From assembly GCA_013239625.1 (NCBI GenBank), contig MU054323.1, positions 2,294,001 through 2,358,000 of the forward strand: DNA of 64,000 nucleotides, given 5' to 3'. Under the pieces are notes generated by a model. It had not been told where the DNA came from. It made no database searches and saw only the letters and a list, made by a program, of their open reading frames with translations. The stretch comes from Lama guanicoe (taxonomy: Eukaryota). Shown piece by piece: positions 23,002 to 34,194 of the stretch; within the stretch, counting starts at the first letter, position 1; each line of letters opens with the position of its first letter. The translations under genes and the position numbers were made by a program.

Positions 23002-23104
23002 TGCTGTGGACTGTATTATGTCACCCCAAAATCCGTATTTTGGAGCCCCAAATCCCAACATGATGATCTCGGTGATGCGGTCTTTGTGAGGTCATTAGGC
23101 TTAG
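23002..23104 (+). mobile_element. MLT1 LTR 5' fragment
   Basis: tgctgtggactgtattatgtcaccccaaaatccgtat and gtctttgtgaggtcattagg. Confidence 0.7.
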
Positions 23105-23134
23105 GAAATCTATGAAAACCATAGAGATAACATG

Positions 23135-23910
23135 TTTAAATGTAAGACGTTGAGCACTTACCTTCTAAAATCAGAAATGACGCAGCAGTGTCTTCGCTGA
23201 TCACACCTACTCAAAATTTTACTGGAGACTGTAGCTAACATAAAGAAGGCAAGAGAGAAAAATAAAAGGCAAATATAAGGGAAAGAAAAAGTAAAATTGT
23301 ATTTCTTTCCCAAAAATATGATCATGTATTTAAAAGAATTTAAAGAATCTACCAAAAACTGAAAAACTCCTCCAACAAATAAGATCTCAGGATACAAAGT
23401 TAACATAGAAAAATAGTTTTATTTCTATATACTAGCAAATCAACTTTCAAAAATGAAAATTTTTAATACTACTTACAGTAGTATCAAAACATGAAATACT
23501 TAGGATACATTTAACAAAATATGTGCAAGACCTCTACGTTGAAAACTATGAATTATTGCTCAAAGAAAGAAGAATTAAATAAATGGCAAAATATAACATT
23601 ATACTGAATTGAAAGATTCAATTGTTTTTGTCCGATTTGTGATGCATTTGTGATGTCAGTTTTCTTCAAGATGATCTATAGAATTAATGCAATCCCAACC
23701 AAAATTCCTGAAAGCTTTTCTTTATTTGAAGACGTTGAGGTGATTCTAAAATTCATATGAATATGAAAAGGACCTAGAATATTCAAATGATTTTCAAAAA
23801 GGGGAACAAAGTTGAGGCACTTACAATATCTGCTGTCAAGACTTACTGTAAAGCTCTAGTAATCAGAACAGAGTGAGATTTGAGCAAAGATAGAAAAATA
23901 GAACGATGAA
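23135..23910 (+). mobile_element. Old L1 ORF2 (RT region) fragment
   Basis: A-rich sense strand with aaatacttaggatacatttaacaaaatatgtgcaagacctctac, aatgcaatcccaaccaaaattcc and caagacttactgtaaagct. Confidence 0.85.
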
Positions 23911-23911
23911 C

Positions 23912-24570
23912 TCGATACTTATCTCCAATTCAGACCTCTCCTTTGAGCTCCACAACATTTTTAAATAACTATTTTACATCTCTCCTTGAATGTCTTAAGG
24001 ACATCCTGAGCTCCGTATATCTTTTCTCAAACCGTTATCTTCACTCCTAAACCTGGTTCTTCATTTGCATTCCCCTGCTGGTTGTTCAAACGAGAAACTT
24101 AAGAATAATCCTCAACTCCTCCCTCTCTTGGATCCTCCACATTACTGATTCCTGTCCAGAAACTTTCAGTCTTATTTCCTAAATACACCTTGAGTTCATC
24201 CACATTTCTCTACTTCTGTCACTCTATTCTAATATCTGCTGTCTGGACTGCTGAAAAAAGTTTCTTAAACTAGTTAACCCACATCTACTCTTAACTACCC
24301 CCAGGGTATATTTTTGAAATAAAAATTTTATCTATCATGTTAAACCTTGCTTAAAAACTTCAATGTCTTCATGTTGGTTTTAGGAGAAAGATAATTTGTA
24401 ATACAGCTTTCAAGATTCTATCAGGTCTGCTCCTTACTTGCCTCCCTAGCATCATCTTGCACCATGCTCTCTTGCTCTCTCAGAGAGAAGTGCTTATGTT
24501 TTTGTTTTTGGTTTTTATGCGGAGGAACACTAACACTCATAGTATGTTTGTCAGCTGAGTGAACGAAGGC
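23912..24570 (+). mobile_element. L2 fragment
   Basis: cagacctctcctttgagctcca, aatcctcaactcctccctctc and ccttgcttaaaaacttcaatg are pyrimidine-rich L2 3' motifs. Confidence 0.75.
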
Positions 24571-27500
24571 ATTACATGTCTTAACATTCCTACAGCAAAG
24601 ATCCAGTAATCTTTCTATTTCCTACTGGAACTTGACCATCGTTTGATATTGCATGTGAAACTCTAACATTTTAGCTCATAGGTATAGCCAAGTTACTGAT
24701 GCATGCAAGTGCTCCAAAAAGATAGGAACTTCGTAGTTTTCTTCCAAAGTCCATGCATCATTTTTGTGTTTTCAATAGATATTAAATGCTTATATTTAGC
24801 TGCCTTCTTGTGAAGTTGAGAACTGAAAGATTTACCTTAAAAGTATGTTCCAGCATGTGCTCCTGTTCATCACATGTGGTTCAAAAGTCATACAAATGTA
24901 AAGAGTTGCAGCATAAAAGGCAGTGTGTCACTTTGTACTCTGTGTTTAGAAGAGAGTTCTCAACTTCCTTGGTCATAACAAATTTAGCAAAAGACATGCA
25001 TCCTGTACTCCAATGGGATGGATGTACCTGAAGTTAGATGCAATTTCCTGAGTGCTAACTGAATCTCCACCCTGCTCTCTCTCTTTAAGAAAGCAAGTGG
25101 GTGAAAGTGACATTATTTGGGGGATAATCTTGAATATGGTTTATAATGTTCTAAAATTACATCATTTACAGATTTCAGACTTTACCTACCATTAATAACA
25201 AATTACTTGGTGGTGCATCTCACCAGTAAACTGGGCATTACGCCAGTGAAGTATACAAACTACTTGTTTAGAAGGTAGTCATTCAATAGTCTTGAACCAT
25301 CACCATGTTCTAGCCGGAATGAATGTAACTGCCATGCTGAACACCAGGGGGTAAATGATGCACACATGTATGTATCAGTATTAAAATATGCCTTTATGTA
25401 AAAAGATTTCTCTGTTGAATGTGTCCATACGCCCAAATGTTCATGTATATTCTCAATAATGCTGCTTGTAAATTTCATAGCCCACAAATACTGGAGAGCA
25501 GAGGGCATGGAAATCTTGTTAATAATATCCATTTCTTAAGTAGTTATAAAACTGAAGAAATAATATCCTCTAGACTTTTGTGAAGGTGGCTGTGCTGTGA
25601 TTAATTCTATTAGTGACTCTGTACGTGAAGAAGTTATTAAGAGTTTATAGATTCCAGTGGGTTCACTGTTTTCCTCTCCACCCCATCGCTGTCCTGTTTC
25701 TCTAAGTCATCTTCTGATGGTCAATGTCTGTAAGAAAAGCTGAATTTTTGTCCGCCTAACCCCTGAAGCAATCTCTTCCGGGGCATCATCTAGCCTTTTC
25801 CTGAAACTTAGAGCCCTGAGTTTTCTACAGGGGAATTTTTTTTCTCATGTTATAAATCTTTAATCTCAAGAAAGACTTTCCAAAAATTACGTTAAATCTG
25901 ACTTCATACGACTTCCACCCACAGATCCTAGCTCTGACTTCTGGGCTACACTCAACCAATTTCCTCAATAGTCTCCTTCTTCCCATAATATTTCTTTGTC
26001 AGTATTCTTGTCTTTGAGTTTGATTTTTTTTTCCTGTTTAATCTCCTCAGTTCCTTCAGCTATTTTTCATGTGATATATTTCTCTAACCTCTCAAGCAGT
26101 GCACCTCTAAAAGTACAGTTTCCAGGATGGAAGGAAGTGTTCAGATGGGTACCATTCACAATTTTTGAACTATTAAGGGGATTCTATGGGAGGTGGCATT
26201 TTAGCTGAGGATGGTGAAGGAAAGGTGTGCAGGCAGAGGGAGAGCTTGTGGAACGGTAGAGAATCACAAAAACTTGCAGCATCACAAGACAGCCCGTATG
26301 ACGGGAAAGTAGAGTGAGTTTGGTAATTTTATTTCAGATTATCCAGAGCTTTCAAACTTTCTAACCCAAGTCCTTGCATGGCAATTTTCATGTTTTAGAA
26401 AATCCCCTTTGGTATTGTCGAAAAGGGTGCACAAGGAATAAAATTAGCACAGGAAAACTAGTTAGGATATTTGTCCAAATGAAGGGGATGGGATAGAAGC
26501 AGAGATGGGTCCTTGGCACATTTCTTAAAAAATCCATGAGTAGGTAAATGATTAGAGGCTGTTTCTAAAATACAGTCATTTAAGAATGCACTTGGAGTCT
26601 AGGATTCTAGTGATCTGGCAGAAAACATACTCATTATTGTCATGTTTAGAAGCAGATTTGTTCCATGCAATGGAGCCATGTCCAGTCACAGAAAACCCAC
26701 TAAAATATGAAGCCTCAGGAACCTGGAAATTGCTGAGGACAGTGGCATATGTCATCTCTAGGGAGCGCCATGGTCCCACAGTCCTAGTTGTGTTCCCTGA
26801 AAGTGTTACAGTCTTTGCTACAGTGATACAGGATAAGGGTGATCCAGAGTATGTTTATTCCAATGAAATGCTAATTTTCATGATGCATCTCTCCATGACT
26901 CCTTCATTACCAAGCCAAGGAACATGGTGTGACCTCCGAATAAACTGTAGTTGCTTCAGTTATGAATTCCTTAAATCTCCGAGCCGGGTTGGAAAGTGGA
27001 AGGGCTGGGGTGGATGGCAAAGCTTAGAACCAGTGTTCCACGGAAGTGTTAACTGGCTTCTTGCCAGACACCAGTGCCTGCTGACTTATGAGTGCCACTT
27101 TTATCTTGAAGTGCAGAACTGAGTCTGATGGAAAGATTGACGGTGTTACATTCAGCCCAGGAATGTTTTAAAGCCTAAGTAAGCTGGAGAATCCCCTTTG
27201 CTTCATTTTCGTGCTGGCTCAGCAGCTTGATTTCTGCCTCTGCTGTCACCTGGTCTTTCTGTTCTTCTGTTGGGAGAAACTGTGGGGGAAGGCAGGGCTT
27301 CCTGAATCCTGCACTGCATTATATTAGCAGGTTGTCAAGGTCTCACCACTTCCCCTGCAAAGCAGGTACTGTTACAGAATTAGCAGACCACACCGCCTTT
27401 CCAGGGACTGGTGTTACCCTCCGCAACACCTGCTTTGTTTTTACACTCTCACATAAAGGGCAGACCAGAGAAGCCACCCCCGGGAAGGTCCACACAGGGT

Positions 27501-27984
27501 AGATGGAGAGTTTGGAGAGTTGAAAGGCAACTCTTCGTGCCTTGAGCCCCTCTGCTGTATCACTGGGACCCGATGTGCTAGGGCCAGGGAGCTCAGCAGA
27601 CTTCAGCTGCCTTCGGTGCTGGGAGAGAGCACGGGGATGCTTACTTAGCACATCAATAAATGAATGGACGGTGGCTCCCTGTGTAAACGCCACAGTCTCT
27701 CCACTCCCCTGGGATTCTGCTCTGACATTTGTATATGAGGACTCCTCTTGAAAGTGGATCTGCTGGCTTGCCTGTCTGGTGTTAACTTCAAATGACAGGG
27801 ATTCACTACTATGTCCACCGTGGATTGAGTCTTCACAAAGATGAAACCATTCTTTGAGAAAACAAGCTCCATATTTCCTAATCACATAAATCACATCTAA
27901 ACAATGCCTTTTCTGGTCTTGAACTGTATCCCTTTGTGGCTTATTGACCAACTATGTGTCCATTATTTCCAGCTCTCATAACTG

Positions 27985-28250
27985 AATGTATTAATTCATT
28001 CAGGTAGTGAGTGATTTCCAGGTGCCTATTAGCACCCAGGCTTGTATCGGTTACTGTGGAGGATACCAAGGAAAATATGATATGTGTTTATCCATCTGCC
28101 TAACCTCTAGAATGTAAACACCTTGAAATCAGTGGATTGTTTTCTCACTTCCTTCTGTATGCCTAATTCATTCCTTTATGTCTACCATGTAATAAGTACC
28201 AAATAAATGATTTTTCAAGGGTGAGTAAATGGATAAATGGAAGAATGATT
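27985..28250. mobile_element. Short L2 3' ends in opposite orientations
   Basis: attcattcag and gtgcctattagcacccaggc (minus), followed by ctagaatgtaaacaccttga and gtaaatggataaatggaagaatga (plus). Confidence 0.5.
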
Positions 28251-29804
28251 CTGCAGACAAAACAGAGATTGCATCTTTCTTTTTTAAAGAGACAAACATT
28301 CAATGGGCCTTGCGGAGCAGGATAAACAGTTCCTCTGAAGTCTACACATTCTTAATTGTGAAAGGATTTGTCAACCCAGAATACAAGCCTCTTCTCTGCA
28401 TAATTCTCCAAAGATGTATTTTCAGGCTACAAATGAAATAATAGTCTGATGTATACTTTCAATGGTCATGTAAGTAACATTCAGAAGGCCGTACAGGTAA
28501 ATGAATCATGAATTCCACAACATTTTAGTAATGAATAAAGATGGAAAGTTTTTCTGTTTATCTGAACACCCAACATTTTCAAGCCAACTTTTAAATAAAT
28601 ATAAATGCAGATAAGTTTGGATTACCTTATATTCTGTATGCAGAGATCTCCAGAACCGTCAAGTCACAACAATATTCCTATAAAGATTTATGAACACTTA
28701 GAAAAGTATACAAGAGTATTTCCCACATACTCTGTGGGGAAAAAAAAAAGCTTTCATTAATAATATAATAAAATGCTCGATGAAATAACTTTCAACTAAA
28801 CAGTGTTTGATAGCTGTGGAATGAAACAAACATTTACCAAACACCTAGTGTGTAACAGGCCCTATCTTTGAGGATACAGTAATTAATACGATCCTCAAAG
28901 AGCTAATATTTCAGCAAGTGAGACAGAGGCATGTGCACAGATATCTGACACTGAAAGACTTACAAGACAATATAATACCACAGTGCCAGTCATGTCAATT
29001 ACTTTCTGAAAGCATGATAGTAGGAAGAAGTGAATGATTCTTTTTGGTAGTTGTGTACCCACATCTTCTTGCCTACCTTGACCTTGAATTTTCAAGCTGA
29101 TCTGCTCATGACCCATGGGGCTGAGCAGATCCTAATGAAAAAGAAGCTTGGGCCCTTTGATCTTTCCAGTAATGGTCTTACACTCTCTGCTTTGTTCCTA
29201 TTGGCTTCTTCATTCTGTCTTCCCCATCACCTGGTTTTGGGCTCCAGAGTTCTCTGTAAACATGCAGAAATGTCTAGATACTCTTGCTTTTACTCTTGGC
29301 GTTTCTTCCTCCTTTCTTCTCAGTTTCTTCTCAGTCCAGGCCCCAAGGACTGCCCTGTAAATAAGTCTCACAGCCGGCATACTGTGTGGTTTCTTCCCAA
29401 GTCCCAGCTTCAGAATCTATTCAAGGATATTTAATTTTATGATGCTGAAAACCCCATCTTAGTTTTAGATGGATATCTTATTTCTACCGTAATTTGAATT
29501 TGTATTTTTTCTGACAGTAAAATGACATTATTCCTACCTGAGAGAACATGAAACAGCATTTTTCAGATTCAAAGGGAGTCCCATTACTGCACTTACTTGA
29601 AATAACCAAATATTTCACTGGCATCTGGGAGTGAAGCCAACAAACACAAGTGGTCAGTTTCTTTACAAGGATGAAGGGATTTGGGTTAGACTGTTTCTCA
29701 GGTTTTTTCTAGTTTTAATTTCCAAAGACTCTTTAAACTCTGATTTCTAGGGAAGATGGAACTATGTTTATCAGAATTTCAAGTAAGAAACACATTATTT
29801 TCAG

Positions 29805-29975
29805 CCATGTGATATTAGAATTAGAAGGAACTTGGGAATCATGAATGACGATCCTCTTATTTTACAGACATGGGAAAGGGAGGTGCAAAGGGAAGTGACT
29901 TGCTCAAAATCACATCAGTTGAGTGCAGAACTGAACTTGTACTCTTGACTTTATTCTGCTGACCTTCCATTGTCC
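29805..29975 (-). mobile_element. MIR/MIR3 SINE
   Basis: ttagaaggaacttgggaatcat, attttacagacatgggaa and gaagtgacttgctcaaaatcac. Confidence 0.7.
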
Positions 29976-32900
29976 CAGGGAATACAGCCTGGAGGACTAC
30001 TGCTAGAAGCAAGTGCTCAAAATCTACAAACAATGTGGCACATTCACACATAGTAAACGGTGGAGAGGGTGGTTCTGATTTAAATACTCAGCTGTTGTGG
30101 AAGCTGTTGAGATTGGCAGTTGATCCCTCAGTTTATGTTGGTCTACAACCCAGTAAACTACCTTGGCTTGATCCTGAGCCTAAGATGCTCATGTTTGTCC
30201 TTGCTTCCCAGTGAACATTTAGCCTTTGCTGGAAAACTGTTCCTAAGCCCACCATGCAGGTGCAGTGAATTTAACTCTGTGGATCTGTTATTTTCCTTGT
30301 ATACCTTCTAACCGGAGCATCATATTCAGTATTTATAACCTAGAAAACATTTTGTTTCATACTCCGTAATTAAGCTTTTTAGAATTCAGGAATGACATCC
30401 AAAAGTTTTTTAAGAATCTTAGAAAAGGTTCAACACTCTCTAGGCAATACCTTTGGCTTTAATCAAGAAGTGCTTAATGTACGTTGAAGGGACTTCTTCA
30501 AGCTCGTTTTACTAGTTACTCCTGATTTTTCAAATGATCGTAATTGGCTTTCATTCCTTCTGAAAACTTGAAGAAATAACGCATTCTTTGATGAGAGCAT
30601 TCTAAAGAATTATGAAAAAAAGGAAACTTTGAATATTTTAATGATATATTCATTTTTCCTTGGAATCATGAAAGCTGTAGCCATAGCCATCTTTTAGCAG
30701 AACTATTACTTCCTCTCTAGCTACCATTTCTAGATTTAAAACCCTGGAAAAAGTACAATTTTACCAGCCACCACTAGTACCCAGTGTCAGCAGCTCATAT
30801 AAAACCTGAGAAAATATAGTTGGGATTAAAGAAATCTGTAAAACTGTGAAGTAAGGCCATAGCATGTAAAATGCAATTCCTTTTACTGAGTATATAATTT
30901 ATTAGGAAGGCTCTTTATTTATAGGAAATCTGCTTGACACCTTATCTTTGACAACTGCCTGATTTTTTTGAGAAGGACAAAAATGAATAAACTGTTCCCC
31001 AGGATAGGTATTTATTAATTTCTCAGTAAAGATCTCTGTGTCTCTGCTTCATACCCACTCCTCTGTCCCCAAGCACAATTCCTCTTTCCTACCTTTCTTC
31101 ATCAGTCCTAAAATGTTACCTTCCTGTAACCAATCTGAGGGCTAGGACTTACAAGGGTTTCTACCTACCCTTACCTGGGTCCCCATGTCTTCTTTCTCCA
31201 TGCACCACCATGCCCACTATTAAATTCAATGCATTTGGCTTTTGAACTCCTATTACTATTATTTTACTTCTCTCCTAGTTCTGTGACCCATCGCCAACTT
31301 TGTAGTAAGGGGGATTTGGTCTTTTTCAATGGTTATTTTTTCAGGAAAATATCAGTTACCCACGATTTTGTACAGCTTTGCAAATAGAAGGAGCCCTTCG
31401 TTTTCAGACCCCTTTTCTCAAAATCCAGTAAAGAGGGATCAATGCACAAACCCTCTCTCTTGGACAGAGACCTCTGTCCTTCTAGGTATAGGTTGTTCTT
31501 GTGTATTTGAGCTGCCTGATACCCTTGGGTCAGCTCCACAACATCTTTAGCTGCAAGTTGACTGGTGCCATGTGAGCAACAGGACTTGGTGCAGAGACTC
31601 GTTTTTGATCCTCTAAGATGTTTTCCTTTTCAGTTTTGACTCCATTTAGTTTCCAAAAAGGAAATGCGCTGATTTATTTTCTCAAGGTAAAGCTCTGAGA
31701 TATTATAGCTAATTGTCATCTCTAGGCTTTCTTTCTCTTCTAGAGAAAGGATAGGAAACACCTCCCTCATTCATTTCACAGACAAAACTACCATTTGGGG
31801 GTGATGCAGGAGAGTGGGTGGGGGACAGCATAATACGTGGCCATTGATCAATGAAGGATGGAGAGGAAATAGAGGGAAGGCTCTGCCCTGTCCTCATCAC
31901 AGAAGTTCTAGGCCCGCTGGCACAGTGATGCTGCCTTTGATTTTCCAACCCTGTTCATACCCACAGCTCCATCGGCAGCCAAGAAGCTGGCTCAGGCCAA
32001 GAATAAACTTATCCCATAGTTGCTGTGAAGAGTTTATGTGCAGTCTGTTGGGGCTGGGGTATAGACATTGGTTCACAAATTTCATGACCTCATAAATTCC
32101 TTATTTAAAACTTTGCACCCAATGCAATGCATCCCAGAGGAAAATCTAGGTTGTCACTTCTGAATTTATTTGTGGAGACTTCATGTTGAAAAAAGCAATC
32201 AAAGATCAAGGTTTAAAAATTATTTCAGTAAAATATCAAGTTTTTAAATTCTTACTTTAGGATTTGCATTTTCATCAGTTGTCTCAAATACTAATAGCGG
32301 TTCAATCAGGCAAAGCCTTTGTTAGAACCCAAGGGAATTTACACCTGAGCTAGAGCAAGAGGGAAAGATTAAGTTAAAAGGGAGTGAATTAGGAAGAGCT
32401 ATTAGTCCTCCTTGGTGCATTTTTACATCTGAGCAAAAGCCAGATCAATGCGGTGTTTTATTTTGGTGACTCGTTCACTAAATGTAAACAAAACAAAACA
32501 AAGCCTTGAAGAGCACAGGCTGGTCATTTAATAACAGCTCTATGAACTGTTATTTCTACCTAAACTCAGTGAAGTTAAGTCATTCAACATTATACAGCTC
32601 ATCACCAACTGAACTGCAATCCAAAGCTTCAGGCTATCGACCTGCATGAAACCTGTTTTTTAATGAAGAGATATCCTAAGGTATATTTCCTTCTAATGAC
32701 ATGGACCAAAAAGAAAATTCCAGTTTGATTAAATTTGTGTTGAATTCAGTAGTTCTGGACCACCAGTGCTTTTTTGGACTCGCAGAAATTTCCATGAACC
32801 AGTATTGATTCTTTCATACAAGAACAGAGTCAATGAGACCGTGGGGCAGGGACTGGGAGGTAATTTGATCATCCACCAGCTGTAAAAGGAGTTAAAATTA

Positions 32901-33054
32901 TGTTAAAAATAACTCTGAAGAGTTTCATTTCTTTAAAAACCACAACATCTGAAATAAAGAAATTCTATGGATAATTATTTTGATTTTATGGTGTTCTTTA
33001 TTGTCATTGCTTTTTTGTTTTCTTTTTTCCCGTTAGAAACCACCTTCTTCCTCC

Positions 33055-33290
33055 CAAATTTTCTTTTTTATCATGAAAGATTTTAAATATAATGTTAAAA
33101 ATAGAGAATAATTTTAAAAATCTATGTCTATTCTTCAACCATGTTCTCTCTCTCCTTCCTCAGAGATAACCGGTAGTACAAATTTAACATTCATCATTCC
33201 CTTGAATGGTTTTATACTTCTATGTCTGTAGATATTCATACATTTGATAAAATACTGCTTTTCAAGTTTTTAAACTTGATGTGAATAGAG
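33055..33290 (-). mobile_element. Old L1ME-like 3' fragment
   Basis: tcatgaaagattttaaatat, atcattcccttgaatggttttatactt and ttttcaagtttttaaact. Confidence 0.5.
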
Positions 33291-33291
33291 T

Positions 33292-33720
33292 GGGAGGGGG
33301 CAAGATGGCAGAGTAGGAGGATGTGGAACACAATTTTCCCCATGAACACATCAAAAATACACCTACCGGTGGAATAATTCTTACTGAAAACTAACTGGAA
33401 ACTGGCAAAAAAAAAAGATCTCATAAAAAAAGCCTGTAAGAAAGATCCAGACAAAGTCCATTAGGAGGGGAAAAGAAGCAATCAGGTCTGGACTTGTGCC
33501 CCTTGGGAGGGGACTCAGAGGAAAAAGGAGATTACACAGGCGGAGATCCTCCCTGGGAAGTGAGTGGTTCAAGCCACATACTGGACATCTTCACCCTGAG
33601 GTTTGACACAGGGAAGACAGGCGCCCTTGGCTGGTTGGAGGGCGTATGGGACTAACAGAAGGACCATGGGAAGCCTGGATTCTGCTCTTGAGGGGCATGT
33701 GCACACTTGCTCCCAAGGCT
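33292..33720 (+). mobile_element. Isolated LINE-1 5'UTR fragment (cetartiodactyl-type L1 promoter region)
   Basis: Begins gggagggggcaagatggcagagtaggaggatgtgga (YY1-type CAAGATGGC). It continues with cacatcaaaaatac, ctaactggaaactggc and gggactcagaggaaaaaggagattacacaggcggagatcctccctggg, as I recall from cetartiodactyl L1 5'UTR consensus sequences. Confidence 0.8.
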
Positions 33721-34194
33721 AAGTGAAATAATTGAGTGTGTACTTACTTTTATCACAGTAATATGTTAGCACTACATTAACTTTTTTTTCAGCTTCAGTG
33801 AGATATAACTGACATATAAGATTTTGTAAATTTAAGGTGCACAATGTGATGATTTGATACACATACACATTGCAAAATGATTACCACAGTGAGATTAATT
33901 CACAGTAAGGTTAATTAACACCCCCATTACCTCAGACAATTACCATTTGTGATGTGTGTGTGGTGTGACGAGAACATTTAAGATCTACTCTCTTGGCAAC
34001 TTTCAAGTATATAACACAGTATTGTGACTATAGTCACCGTGCTGTAAGTTATATACCTAGAGCTTATTCATCTTATAACTGGATGTTTTTAACCCTTTGA
34101 CTAACATCTTCTCATCCCCTGCCCCCCCTTCCCTTCACACCACCCCTGGCAACCATCATGCTACTTACTCTCTGTTTCTATGAGTTTAACTTTT

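Noticed and set aside
25203..25248. Two short hairpins (ttacttggtg/caccagtaa and actggg/gccagt)
   Set aside because: Stems are short and imperfect, and expected by chance in 64 kb.
27343..27951. Longest ORF (202 aa, minus strand), and the 178-aa (26586-27122) and 194-aa (10445-11029) ORFs
   Set aside because: No recognisable domain, no exon-like splice boundaries, and composition typical of chance ORFs in non-coding DNA.
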